IMG/VR virus record: IMGVR_UViG_3300032292_000698
Span: 36,984-100,983 of that record
From: a virus
Taxonomy: Duplodnaviria > Caudoviricetes
Length of the DNA stretch: 64,000 bases
Direction: 5' to 3' (one strand)
Shown here piece after piece: positions 1 through 10,222 of the stretch. The notes under the pieces are model-generated. The model was not told where the DNA came from. It made no database searches and worked only from the letters and a program-made list of their open reading frames with translations. The position numbers and the translations under genes are program-made. Each line of letters opens with the position of its first letter. Positions within the stretch are counted from its first letter, which is position 1.

Positions 1-1
1 T

Positions 2-589
2 TCCCATGAAATCGTTGGTGAACTGTATGAGAATGGGTCATACAAACGTATTGACTACATTCAATACAAAACCAATCTTAAGTTGGCAGTTCAAAAAGAT
101 CGTCAATTTAGTAACTTTGGTTACACCGATTTGGACTATGACATTCTAGCATTTCCTCGTAGTAGTGTCAGTAAATACAATCTGGTGTTAGCCAATTGTA
201 TTGGATTGATTGACGCAGATTATCGTGGTGAAGTATTGCTTCGTTTCAAGTATATTTGGCAACCAGAAGATTATAGAATTAGAACTGATAATCTATTGGA
301 AGGACATGTTAACTTTAATAAACTCTATAATAAGGGTGATAAGGTTTGTCAACTCAAGGTTACTAAAGTTGAAAACGTTGAATTTATTTTGGTAGATGAA
401 CTAGATGCTACTAATAGAGGCGACGGTGGTTTTGGAAGCACAGATGTTCCTAAACTATCTTCACAACCACAATCTTCTGGTAAATCAATTGAAGATCTAA
501 TTAAACAAAAGGAAGGCGCATTTCAAGCTACTACTTTAAAGTATTCGGAAATTATCAAAGAAAGAGACAACAAAATTTTTGGAAACTAA
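2..589 (+). CDS. dut: dUTPase (trimeric type), 5'-truncated by window edge
   Basis: Frame is open from nt 2 (SHEIVGELYENG...). Motifs PRSS, GLIDADYRGE, KVCQL and RGDGGFGST are present, followed by a ~45 aa C-terminal extension. Confidence 0.93.
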   Translation, partial: SHEIVGELYENGSYKRIDYIQYKTNLKLAVQKDRQFSNFGYTDLDYDILAFPRSSVSKYNLVLANCIGLIDADYRGEVLLRFKYIWQPEDYRIRTDNLLEGHVNFNKLYNKGDKVCQLKVTKVENVEFILVDELDATNRGDGGFGSTDVPKLSSQPQSSGKSIEDLIKQKEGAFQATTLKYSEIIKERDNKIFGN

Positions 590-590
590 T

Positions 591-1907
591 ATGAATAAAC
601 CGTTATGTGTTATACAAGCTCCCGTGTTCAGTCGTAGTGGATATGGTGATTGGTCGAGAGAAGTAGCTAAGAGTGTTCTTAGATACGGAAAATATGATTT
701 GAAGATTGCTACAACCAAGTGGGGAAACAATCCGATCAAACGTTTTCAAGACGATCTTGATTTCAATGATCCTCTAAATCTTGCTCTTTTTGACAAGATG
801 TTGAAGGAACCACTCAATCGTCAACCCGACCTATTCATTCAAATTTCAATTCCCAATGAGTTCAAACCCATTGGCAAATATAACATTGGTATGACAGCCG
901 GTATTGAAACTACCGCTGCTGCCGGTGAATGGATTGAGGGATTGAACAAAATGGATATGAATGTTGTTACGTCACGGCATTCCAAGAAGGTATTTGATGA
1001 TGCAGACTACACCAAGGAATTTCAAGATGGAAGCGGTCGTAAAGAACAACTTCGCAGTACAAAACCTATGGAGGTATGTTTCTGGGGAGCAAATACCGAT
1101 ATTTACAAGATCACCGATCAAAAGGTTGACTCTGTTGAAAAGGTTATGAGTACCATTCCAGAACAATACGCATTTTTGTTTGTTGGTCAATGGACCCACG
1201 ATCATCCATTCTTTGACAGAAAAGACATAGGCAACCTTATTAAGACGTTCTTGAATGCATTTAAAGATCGTCCTAACAAGCCTTGTTTGATTCTCAAGAC
1301 AAGTGGTACCAACTATTCTAAGATGGATAAAGACGCAATCTTGAAAAAGATTCGTATCGTTGAATCACAAGTTCAAGGCGATCTTCCCAAGATTTATCTG
1401 ATTCACGGAGAACTCAATGACGTTGAAATGAACGCACTATTCAACCATGAAAAGGTCAAGTGTCATATCAGTTTCACCCACGGTGAAGGATTTGGTCATC
1501 CTCTTCTGTTGGCATCACTTAGTGGAAAACCATTGCTTGTATCTGATTGGAGTGGTCATTTGGACTTTTTGTCAACCAACAAAGATTGTTTATTGCCAGG
1601 ACGTGTTGAACCAATTCCTGCTGGATCTGCAAATCAGTGGTTGATCAAAGAATCTGCGTGGTTCAATGTATCATATAGTTTGGCAGAAGAACGTATGAAA
1701 CAGTATTACTTTAGCATGAGTCAACGTATCAAAGACAATGCGGTTACACTTGCTAATCACAACGCTGAACACTTTTCTACACAGTCAATGGATAAAACTT
1801 TGCAAGCAATTTTTGAAAAGTATGTTCCAGAGTTTGCTGTAGAACAAAAGATTGTTATTCCACAACTAAAAATGAATGTTCCGTCAGTTCCTAAAGTTGT
1901 TGTATGA
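591..1907 (+). CDS. GT-B (GT4-like) glycosyltransferase
   Basis: N-terminal SRSGYG loop, FLFVGQW, RKDI and HGEGFGHPLLLASLSGKP (GT4-type E-x7 region). ATG at 591 preferred over the upstream alternative start. Confidence 0.85.
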   Translation: MNKPLCVIQAPVFSRSGYGDWSREVAKSVLRYGKYDLKIATTKWGNNPIKRFQDDLDFNDPLNLALFDKMLKEPLNRQPDLFIQISIPNEFKPIGKYNIGMTAGIETTAAAGEWIEGLNKMDMNVVTSRHSKKVFDDADYTKEFQDGSGRKEQLRSTKPMEVCFWGANTDIYKITDQKVDSVEKVMSTIPEQYAFLFVGQWTHDHPFFDRKDIGNLIKTFLNAFKDRPNKPCLILKTSGTNYSKMDKDAILKKIRIVESQVQGDLPKIYLIHGELNDVEMNALFNHEKVKCHISFTHGEGFGHPLLLASLSGKPLLVSDWSGHLDFLSTNKDCLLPGRVEPIPAGSANQWLIKESAWFNVSYSLAEERMKQYYFSMSQRIKDNAVTLANHNAEHFSTQSMDKTLQAIFEKYVPEFAVEQKIVIPQLKMNVPSVPKVVV

Positions 1908-2554
1908 AACCATTCATTTCATATTTGGTAACATGTCATAATGAGGGTGTGCAATTGCGCACCCTTTTATCTCTTCTTCTGAAGTACTCAGAAGGAAATC
2001 AAATCGTGGTATTGGATGATTATTCTACAGATCCAATTACTTTAGAAGTATTACACGAATATCAATCAGTTGTTGGTGTTAAATTGGTTGCACACCATCT
2101 CAATAAGGACTATGGTACACATAAAACCTATGGCACACAACAGTGTGATGGTGAATATGTGTTTCAAATTGACGCAGATGAATTACCCAGCGAGGTTTTG
2201 CTGGTTAATTTGTATGCATTGTTGCAATCTAATCCATCATGTGAAATGTTTTGGGTTCCACGTGTAAACAACTTCATTGGTGTTACGCCAGAAGATATCA
2301 AAAATTACGGATGGCATACAAATGAAAAGGGCCATATCATGTGGCCCGACTATCAGTCACGCATATACAAGAATTTTCCACAGATCAAATGGGATCGTAA
2401 ACTTCACGAAACCATTGTGGGATTCAAAGAGTATGCTCGTATTCCAGCTATAGAAGAGTTGTCGTTGTATCATACAAAGACTATTGAAAAACAACGTAAC
2501 GACAATACAAGATATATGAAAGAATTCTCCCACGAAGATAATTATCGAAAGTAA
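1904..2554 (+). CDS. GT2 family glycosyltransferase
   Basis: ISYLVTCHNE, LDDYSTD, FQIDADE (DxD), WPDYQSRIY and LHE. Confidence 0.88.
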   Translation: MKPFISYLVTCHNEGVQLRTLLSLLLKYSEGNQIVVLDDYSTDPITLEVLHEYQSVVGVKLVAHHLNKDYGTHKTYGTQQCDGEYVFQIDADELPSEVLLVNLYALLQSNPSCEMFWVPRVNNFIGVTPEDIKNYGWHTNEKGHIMWPDYQSRIYKNFPQIKWDRKLHETIVGFKEYARIPAIEELSLYHTKTIEKQRNDNTRYMKEFSHEDNYRK

Positions 2555-2557
2555 TTT

Positions 2558-3274
2558 ATGGTAAAGACTCCAGTATATTGTTTATATTCTTCTCAGATGA
2601 AGACGATATTTGAGAATCACTTTTATCCATCATTCATGCGGTTCAATAGTGATGACTTTGAATTGACTGTGTTTCATGTTGATGTAGACGGTAATGGAGA
2701 TTTTGATTCAAATGGATATATGAAATGTATGCATCATAAAACCGCCATGATGCTCAAAACCATTAAAGAAAATCTAGGTACACACATTGTTTGGACAGAT
2801 ATTGATATTCGATTTCTATCAAAAATTGATCTGACTTCGTATACCGGTAACTTCACTGTATTAAAAGAACATTATGATGTATCGAATCAATATATTAATC
2901 CGGCATTTTGCAGAATTCAATGTAATGATATTATGGTGGATTTTTTTGAAAAGTTGTTGGACAGTTGTAAGAAGCATGATGTACATGACATGGACATCAT
3001 GAACTATTTCAAAGACACCATTCCTCCAATTCAAATTGATGTATTTGATTTTAGATACATCCAATACACATCGTTACCACACAAAACCACGACGGTTACA
3101 TGTGATATATGTAAAAACAATACAACGTGTTATAACTGTTTACATCAGTTGGTAGACATTGATTGTATAAATAAAGACAATACTATCTTATTTCATGCGA
3201 ATTGTACCGTGGCAAACAATCGTAGTACCAGTATGGGGCTCAAATTAGAACAACTAGATTATCTTGTTAAATGA
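2558..3274 (+). CDS. nucleotide-diphospho-sugar transferase (GT-A, GT77-like)
   Basis: IVWTDIDI DxD motif, INPAF, HDMD and FHANC, in operon context. Confidence 0.7.
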   Translation: MVKTPVYCLYSSQMKTIFENHFYPSFMRFNSDDFELTVFHVDVDGNGDFDSNGYMKCMHHKTAMMLKTIKENLGTHIVWTDIDIRFLSKIDLTSYTGNFTVLKEHYDVSNQYINPAFCRIQCNDIMVDFFEKLLDSCKKHDVHDMDIMNYFKDTIPPIQIDVFDFRYIQYTSLPHKTTTVTCDICKNNTTCYNCLHQLVDIDCINKDNTILFHANCTVANNRSTSMGLKLEQLDYLVK

Positions 3275-4083
3275 TCACAATTACAATAGGAACAAATGGC
3301 AGATTTGGAAATCAAATGTTTCAATATGCATCTTTGATGGGTATCGCAGATAAACAAAACTGTTTGTATGGTATCAATTATAAATTTGGTTCGGGACATA
3401 CATGGAACGAATTTCCAGATGACCGAGAATTGAACCTATACACTTTGGTATTACCCAAAGCATTTCATTTGTCAGCGTTACACTGTGAAGAAAAGTATAA
3501 CGTAATCAATGAATATAGTCACTTTCATTTCAATCCAGAGTTCTTTAATACTGGTGATGATGTTCATCTACACGGTTATTTTCAGACCGAAAAGTATTTC
3601 AAACATATTGAATCCAAAGTTCGATCCGAATTCACTTTCAAAAAAGAAATTGTTGACGCAGCCAAAGATTACTTAAAAGACAAACAGTTTAACGAAACTG
3701 TGGCACTACACGTTCGACGGGGTGACTATCTACAATTAGCACATCATGGAGCGTGTGATTTATCATATTATATCAAAGCACTAGAACATTTTACCGATAA
3801 ACAGTACAATTTTGTTATAATGACAGACGATATTGAATGGGCAAAATCTACATTTGTCGGATCTGATAATTTCTTTATTTCAGAAACACACAACCAGTTT
3901 GTTGATATGTGTATCATGACTCTATGTAATCATAATATCATTGCGAATAGCACATTTAGTTGGTGGGGTGCTTGGTTAAATACGTCACCAAACAAAAAGG
4001 TTATTGCACCTTCACGTTGGTTTGGTCCGGGTGTGCCTTTAAACACAAAAGATTTATACTTGTCCGATTGGATTATTATATGA
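3271..4083 (+). CDS. GT11 alpha-1,2-fucosyltransferase-like
   Basis: GRFGNQMFQYA, GYFQ, HVRRGDY and NSTFSWWGAWL are GT11 signature motifs. Confidence 0.93.
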   Translation: MITITIGTNGRFGNQMFQYASLMGIADKQNCLYGINYKFGSGHTWNEFPDDRELNLYTLVLPKAFHLSALHCEEKYNVINEYSHFHFNPEFFNTGDDVHLHGYFQTEKYFKHIESKVRSEFTFKKEIVDAAKDYLKDKQFNETVALHVRRGDYLQLAHHGACDLSYYIKALEHFTDKQYNFVIMTDDIEWAKSTFVGSDNFFISETHNQFVDMCIMTLCNHNIIANSTFSWWGAWLNTSPNKKVIAPSRWFGPGVPLNTKDLYLSDWIII

Positions 4084-4913
4084 AAATTCCACAAGAGATA
4101 CAATTAATTCGAAAAGCAGAAACCATCACTGATGGTTTGATTCCTTTGCACGATTGTACTTTTATCATTCCTGTACGTATTGAAAGTGAAGATCGCCGTA
4201 AAAACTTCACAATTGTGTATGACTATTTGAGTCGTAACTTTGAAACAAACATTATTATATACGAATGTTCCAAAGAAAAAACTGCAATTGACTTGATTCG
4301 AAATGATGTTACTTACGTCTTTGATAAACAAACAGAAACTTCAACTTTTCATAGAACCAAGTATCTTAACCGAATGTTGAGTCTTGTTAATACTGCGGTT
4401 ACCGTAAATTATGATATTGATGTGGTTCTTCCTATAGAATCATATCTGATGGCATACAAAAAGATTGTACGTCAAGATTATGATTTGGTCTATCCATTTG
4501 CTATTGGAAAATATCAAAAGAAAGTAAATGAATCTGGAAGAAAGAAGTTATTGGATAAGTCATCTGTTGTAGAATTAACTCCCCAAGATTATTCGGATTG
4601 TCAATGTGAATACGGTCATTGTCAGTTCTTCAATACGCAATCATATAAAACCTACGGATGGGAAAACGAACATTTTGTTTCATATGGACCAGAAGACCGT
4701 GAACGATATGAACGGTTCAAAAAACTTGAAAGAAATGTGACACATTTGGAAAAGGGATATGTATATCATATAGAACACAGTCGTGGTACCGACTCAAATG
4801 AGAAAAATCCATTCTTTGAACACAATAACTCTTTGTATAAAAAACTAGGCTCCATGAACAAAGACGAGTTAACAAACTACTATAAAGAAATCGACTACAT
4901 ACAATCTTACTAA
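4080..4913 (+). CDS. GT7-like / GT2 galactosyltransferase-type glycosyltransferase
   Basis: FIIPVR, NYDIDV (DxD), GWENEHFVSYGPEDRER (GT7 C-terminal WGxED-like) and YHIEH. The ATG at 4080 overlaps the upstream stop (ATGA). Confidence 0.78.
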   Translation: MKIPQEIQLIRKAETITDGLIPLHDCTFIIPVRIESEDRRKNFTIVYDYLSRNFETNIIIYECSKEKTAIDLIRNDVTYVFDKQTETSTFHRTKYLNRMLSLVNTAVTVNYDIDVVLPIESYLMAYKKIVRQDYDLVYPFAIGKYQKKVNESGRKKLLDKSSVVELTPQDYSDCQCEYGHCQFFNTQSYKTYGWENEHFVSYGPEDRERYERFKKLERNVTHLEKGYVYHIEHSRGTDSNEKNPFFEHNNSLYKKLGSMNKDELTNYYKEIDYIQSY

Positions 4914-4916
4914 TTT

Positions 4917-5624
4917 ATGAAAATTGCCGTTATATCAATCGCCACAAACAAATATAAAGACTTTTTACGTCCGTTTGTCGAATCAGTTAAAACGCATTTT
5001 ATTCCCAATGTACAAAAAGACTTTTATCTATTCACCGATGAAAGTCTTGATTGGTTTGATTCATCAGTAAAGTGGCATAAAATCGAACATCAACCATGGC
5101 CCTATATCACATTAAAACGGTTTGAGTTTATATCCACATGTCTTGACCAACTCAAAGAATACGATTACGTGTTCTATTTTGACAGCGATATGGAATTTGT
5201 AGACACGTTGACATCATTTGATATCGGCAACAAAAAGTATTATGCGGTTTGTCATCCTTCGGTGGTAAACAATCTTAATTTCTGGCCCGTTGAAACCAAT
5301 TCAGAATCTACTGCATATATCCAAAATCGTAATCGGTGTGTATATGTTCAAGGATGCGTTTGGGGCAGTCGTGGAGCCAATATTGAAACGATGGTCAATA
5401 CCATGAAAAACAATATCAATACAGACTTGTCAAAAAACCTTATTGCAATTTGGCATGATGAATCACACTTGAATAAGTTTATGGTAGATAACGTAAAGGA
5501 CGCTATCATTTTGAGTCCAAGTATGGCATATCCCGAACATTGGAACTTGCCAATTAACAAACTTGTTATTCACAAAGATAAAAACATGGTTGATTATCCA
5601 CGATTCAAAGGAGCTACACCGTAA
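4917..5624 (+). CDS. GT6 alpha-1,3-Gal/GalNAc transferase (ABO-like)
   Basis: IAVISIATNKY, WPYITLKRF, YFDSDM (DxD), YVQGCVWG and WHDESHLNK are GT6 hallmarks. Confidence 0.93.
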   Translation: MKIAVISIATNKYKDFLRPFVESVKTHFIPNVQKDFYLFTDESLDWFDSSVKWHKIEHQPWPYITLKRFEFISTCLDQLKEYDYVFYFDSDMEFVDTLTSFDIGNKKYYAVCHPSVVNNLNFWPVETNSESTAYIQNRNRCVYVQGCVWGSRGANIETMVNTMKNNINTDLSKNLIAIWHDESHLNKFMVDNVKDAIILSPSMAYPEHWNLPINKLVIHKDKNMVDYPRFKGATP

Positions 5625-6586
5625 TGAAAATTGTTATTTGGGGACATCCACTATATTCACATACCCACTCTTATGTTCACTCGTCTTATTACAAGGCTGC
5701 AAAATCAATGGGACACGAAGTTTATTGGTTTCACGATCAAGACTACCCAAAAGACTTTGACTATTCCAACACCACGTTTATTACTGAGGGATTTGCAGAC
5801 GTAAACATTCCATTAAATTCATCCAGCACATACTTTGTGATGTATTGTCCCTCTCCAAAAAAGTATTTGGATGCAGGAGTTAAACGGTATATTGACGTGC
5901 GATGTGTTGCAAAAGATCATCATGATCACATACACTCTTATTCAGTAGACAAAACAACCACTCAAAAAGTTGGACCTTCGTGTTATTTTGTTCCAAAAAC
6001 AAATAACAAAGTTCATGTTAAAAACAATTATATCGATTATACCATAGACGATTTTGATAAATTCTATTTGAGTTGGGCAACCAATCTACTTCCATCAGAA
6101 TTCAACATGGAAGACGTATATCTCAAACGAGAAAACGCAATCTATTTCTGTGGCAGTCTTTCCGGTTCAGGTATTTGTGAGAATCTGAGTAATTGGCTAC
6201 CGTTTATAAACGAATGCAAAAAACATGGTATTGCATTTTATCATAACGATCCGTGGAAAAATCCTTTATCAGATGATAAAGTCAAAGAGTTGGTTCAAAA
6301 ATCAATTTTGGGCATTGATATACGTGGACCAGAACATGCAAAAACCGGCATCATAACGTGTCGAATATTCAAAAATATCAGTTATGGACATCTTGGATTG
6401 ACCAACTCAGAGGAAATTTACAAAGAGATGGATGGAAACTGCATATACAATCCAAATCCTCAAGAACTATTTCGTCTAGGAATGGAAAAACGTACCGATT
6501 ATGAAACTATCAAAAAATCGATGTTATACGTAAAAGAAAATCATACCTATATCAACAGAATCACAAGCATGTTTTCAATTTTATAA
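5624..6586 (+). CDS. GT-B-like glycosyltransferase (CgeB/Glyco_trans_1_2-like)
   Basis: MKIVIWG...HTH start, CRIFKNISYG and C-terminal VKENHTYINRI, in operon context. Confidence 0.65.
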   Translation: MKIVIWGHPLYSHTHSYVHSSYYKAAKSMGHEVYWFHDQDYPKDFDYSNTTFITEGFADVNIPLNSSSTYFVMYCPSPKKYLDAGVKRYIDVRCVAKDHHDHIHSYSVDKTTTQKVGPSCYFVPKTNNKVHVKNNYIDYTIDDFDKFYLSWATNLLPSEFNMEDVYLKRENAIYFCGSLSGSGICENLSNWLPFINECKKHGIAFYHNDPWKNPLSDDKVKELVQKSILGIDIRGPEHAKTGIITCRIFKNISYGHLGLTNSEEIYKEMDGNCIYNPNPQELFRLGMEKRTDYETIKKSMLYVKENHTYINRITSMFSIL

Positions 6587-6589
6587 TTT

Positions 6590-7195
6590 ATGTTTAGATC
6601 AGACGCATATCAAGATCAATTTGTATACAAACTTCTCAACCAAAAACGTCACGGATATTTCGTAGATATTGGAAGTTGTGGTGCAATCAACTCAAACAAC
6701 TCATACTTTTTCGAATCTCTTGGATGGCGAGGAATATGCGTTGAAATTGATAAAGGTTACGCACCAAGTTATTCGGAACGTAGGTGTACGTTTATAAACC
6801 AAAACGCACTTACAGTTGACTACACTAACGTTCTTGAAAATGATAATGCTCCATTGTTTATAGACTATCTCTCGGTTGATATTGATGAACTGAGCATTGA
6901 TGCCATTAAGTTATTGCCACACGATAAATACAAGTTTGGAGTGATTACAATAGAACACGATGGTTATATCTATGGCAATCGTTATAGGCAACCGCAACGT
7001 GAGTTTTTAAAGTCACTTGGTTATCATCTATTGGGTTCAGATGTACGTGTTCCTGATAGACATTTTAGATCTTTAAGCACTCTCAATCATTTGGATAACA
7101 ACGGATTTGAAGATTGGTGGGTTCATCCATCTTTGCAAAAGAATCATTATATGTTTAATCACATCTATCCTGAAGATTTAATTGCGCAACTATGA
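6590..7195 (+). CDS. FkbM-family SAM methyltransferase
   Basis: GYFVDIG, SNNSYFFE..GWRGICVE, IDYLSVDID, ITIEHD and EDWW. Confidence 0.85.
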   Translation: MFRSDAYQDQFVYKLLNQKRHGYFVDIGSCGAINSNNSYFFESLGWRGICVEIDKGYAPSYSERRCTFINQNALTVDYTNVLENDNAPLFIDYLSVDIDELSIDAIKLLPHDKYKFGVITIEHDGYIYGNRYRQPQREFLKSLGYHLLGSDVRVPDRHFRSLSTLNHLDNNGFEDWWVHPSLQKNHYMFNHIYPEDLIAQL

Positions 7196-8130
7196 CAGTC
7201 TTTCTGGTAAATCATAAAGTCAAAAATTGTGGAGTATACCAGTATGGAAAACGTGTTGCGTCTATTCTAACCAAGTCAAAAAACTTGTTGGTTCATTATC
7301 TCGAAATGGACGACAGCAACGATTTTCTAACACAAGTAAACATTCACAATCCATCTGTTATTGTTTACAATCATTTGACAGGAACAATGCCTTGGGTAGA
7401 TACAACTTTTGTTAATCAACTTCGTCAACGAGGAATTAAACAAGGAACTATCGTACACAACGTAGCATACTCCACATTTTTCGATTTTTATTTACATCAG
7501 GATCCAAATTACAACGTTCACCAAAACAATTACAAGTTGTTACGTCCATTGTTTGAATATAACAAACCTATCACAGTATCTCCCCACAAAATAAAGATTG
7601 GATCTTTTGGGTTTGGATTTGCATCAAAACAATATGAACAGTTGTGTGCGTGTGTACGTGATAACTTTTTACGAACAGACGTTCCCGTTGAATTGAGACT
7701 ACATCTGACGCATTCACATTTTTGTGAAAATTCAAGAGACATTGAAAGTATAAAATACAACGCATCAAGAATACTTAACAATCCAAATATCAACTTGGTA
7801 ATCACAACCGATTTTATCAGTGATGAAGACCTGTTGGATTTTCTGGCAGGCAATGATCTCAATATCTTCTTTTATCAAAAGTATAGTGGGTATAACGGTA
7901 TATCATCATCAATCGATTATGCGTTGTCGGTTAAACGTCCTATCGCAATATGTAGAAGCAATATGTTTTCACACATTTGGAATACAACACCGTCAATTTG
8001 TGTTGAAGATGTATCATTAAATGAAATCATCAATGTGGGGATTAGACCGTTGGAACAATATTACAATAGTTGGTCCCACGACAAATTTATTGAACTATTT
8101 GAAAATAACATTAAAGACGTTACAAAATGA
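7192..8130 (+). CDS. putative GT-B glycosyltransferase
   Basis: CGVYQYG, IGSFGFG..K, DLNIFFY and ISSSIDYALSVKRPIA. Confidence 0.65.
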   Translation: MTVFLVNHKVKNCGVYQYGKRVASILTKSKNLLVHYLEMDDSNDFLTQVNIHNPSVIVYNHLTGTMPWVDTTFVNQLRQRGIKQGTIVHNVAYSTFFDFYLHQDPNYNVHQNNYKLLRPLFEYNKPITVSPHKIKIGSFGFGFASKQYEQLCACVRDNFLRTDVPVELRLHLTHSHFCENSRDIESIKYNASRILNNPNINLVITTDFISDEDLLDFLAGNDLNIFFYQKYSGYNGISSSIDYALSVKRPIAICRSNMFSHIWNTTPSICVEDVSLNEIINVGIRPLEQYYNSWSHDKFIELFENNIKDVTK

Positions 8131-8876
8131 ACAAGCTCGGAGTATTGGTTACATGTTACAATGAAGTTTCAGCAGTAGAATATTCGTTAAGTATATTTAG
8201 ACAAATTTATCCAGATGTCAAAATCTATCTTACAACTGAAAGTCAAGCGGATTACAGTAGACTATTGAAACTAAACAATATCAGCATCAATCATGTTGCT
8301 GATACAATGTATTTTATACGTCACATCACTGATCAAAACTTCAGAGAACCACACTTTCAAAACAAAATGATCGTGGCTACCAATGCGTTCTTAAACAGAG
8401 TTGTACATGCTATTGAATATTGTCAAAGTGAATACTTGTTATTGATGGATCCAGATACATTGGTAAGAGGTCCACTTACCATTCCAGATGGTGTTAAATT
8501 GTTGGGTACACGTATCAATCAAGGATTGCCAACGGAGTTGAGAAACATTTTATCACAAATTCCGGGTGCTATTGATATTGATTGTTGGGGAGCAACACCT
8601 GCAATTATTCATAATCAAACGTTTTTGAAATCCTACAAATATGTAACAGAACAAGATCCTATGTTTTTGTCAAGAATAGCACAAACATTTTATGCTATTT
8701 TTGCACACGACGTGATTCTTCCAGTATTATTTGCGTTACAAGGAGAAAAGGAAACGTTTAATCCAGATATAATAGAGTGTCATCGGCAATGGTATTGGCA
8801 TATGACACAACATCCATTGGTGCATCAATTTAAATATTTATATGACAACAATCGTAACAGCCTTATACAACATTAA
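8127..8876 (+). CDS. GT2-like glycosyltransferase
   Basis: VLVTCYNE and YLLLMDPD (DxD), in operon context. Confidence 0.65.
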   Translation: MNKLGVLVTCYNEVSAVEYSLSIFRQIYPDVKIYLTTESQADYSRLLKLNNISINHVADTMYFIRHITDQNFREPHFQNKMIVATNAFLNRVVHAIEYCQSEYLLLMDPDTLVRGPLTIPDGVKLLGTRINQGLPTELRNILSQIPGAIDIDCWGATPAIIHNQTFLKSYKYVTEQDPMFLSRIAQTFYAIFAHDVILPVLFALQGEKETFNPDIIECHRQWYWHMTQHPLVHQFKYLYDNNRNSLIQH

Positions 8877-9591
8877 CCGGGAACGAGAAGGCGACGGAAG
8901 ACCTTTTCATGATTATTTGAAGTGGTTACCCGAAACTTTATCTTTATCATGCAACTATGTTATTTACACAGAAAGTGGCGTTGTTCCATACGTTCCAAAT
9001 CAACCAAACATTAAAGTAGTTGTAACTCCCCCTGAAGAAATACCATTATATCACAAACGAGGACACATTCAAAGCATTCTGAGTGACAGAACATATCTTT
9101 CACAGATTAAACATCCAACCAGAGTGGAATGTGTACTTCCAATGTATACCGTCATTCAGTATTCAAAATTTGAGTGGTTGAAACGTACCATCAAAGAAAA
9201 TCCATTTGGATCATCATACTTTTTCTGGATGGACGCTGGTTGTAGTAGATTCTTTGATGGACTATCTAAGTCATTTCCGAATCACAATAACCTTCCTCCA
9301 AAGTTTCTAATTCAGGGAAACGTGAATACCAACCGTATTCCTATAGATGAAAATTATAAGTGGATGTCAGATTGTGTTCTTGTAGGTACATTTTTTGGCG
9401 GACCAACTGAGTATGTAACAAAAGTGTCAGATTTGACTCTAAAGTTCTTACAAGAAGAAATGTTGGATAAGAACATGATCAATAATGAACAGATTGCACT
9501 TGCGTTTATATGTAAACGTGAACCGTCGTTATTCAATATTTATATAAAGTTGAACGGACAACATCTTCCGGTTTTAAAGATATTAGAATAA
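8842..9591 (+). CDS. HtrL/YibB (WlaTC)-family glycosyltransferase
   Basis: TTIVTALYNI, SKF, ENPFGSSYFFWMDAG, GTFFGG and NNEQ. Confidence 0.82.
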   Translation: MTTIVTALYNINREREGDGRPFHDYLKWLPETLSLSCNYVIYTESGVVPYVPNQPNIKVVVTPPEEIPLYHKRGHIQSILSDRTYLSQIKHPTRVECVLPMYTVIQYSKFEWLKRTIKENPFGSSYFFWMDAGCSRFFDGLSKSFPNHNNLPPKFLIQGNVNTNRIPIDENYKWMSDCVLVGTFFGGPTEYVTKVSDLTLKFLQEEMLDKNMINNEQIALAFICKREPSLFNIYIKLNGQHLPVLKILE

Positions 9592-9592
9592 T

Positions 9593-10222
9593 ATGAACAC
9601 CTCTTATTTTGGCGATCAAAACATTGACGAAACTATCAGAAATAGATATTTTCCAGACTTTTCATACAAAGGAACCATTGTAGAAGTGGGAGGTGCAACC
9701 CCAGAGTATCTTTCGATGTCTCGTCATTTCAAGTTGAACGGATGGAGAGCTATTGTGATTGAACCAAATCCTACGTTTTGTGAAGAACACCGTAAAATCG
9801 GCAATGAAATATATGAACTAGCGTGTTCAGACAAAGATGAAGATAACGTAGATTTTGTCGTTGTTCATGCTAATTCGGGAAAGGTTACAGATCATTCATT
9901 TTCTTCATTGAAAGTTAAAGATTCATATCGTCAAATTGCAAACAACTGGGTAGACAGGTTAAAACATACAATGATCAAGGTCAATGTTAGAAAACTTGAT
10001 ACTATAATAAAAGATTACCAAATTGAAAACATAGATATATTGTCAGTGGATGTCGAAGGTTGGGAGTTGGAAGTCATGAAAGGATTGTCTCTAATTAATC
10101 CCAAAGTCGTCATCTTGGAAAATCTATTTAAAGAAGAATCATATCGTCAATACATGATCGAACGCGGTTATAAATTTATCGAAAAGATCTGGGATAACGA
10201 TATCTACGAAAAAGAGTTATGA
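9593..10222 (+). CDS. FkbM-family SAM methyltransferase
   Basis: VEVGG, GWRAIVIEPNP, IDILSVDVEGWELEVMKG and PKVVILE. Confidence 0.88.
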   Translation: MNTSYFGDQNIDETIRNRYFPDFSYKGTIVEVGGATPEYLSMSRHFKLNGWRAIVIEPNPTFCEEHRKIGNEIYELACSDKDEDNVDFVVVHANSGKVTDHSFSSLKVKDSYRQIANNWVDRLKHTMIKVNVRKLDTIIKDYQIENIDILSVDVEGWELEVMKGLSLINPKVVILENLFKEESYRQYMIERGYKFIEKIWDNDIYEKEL

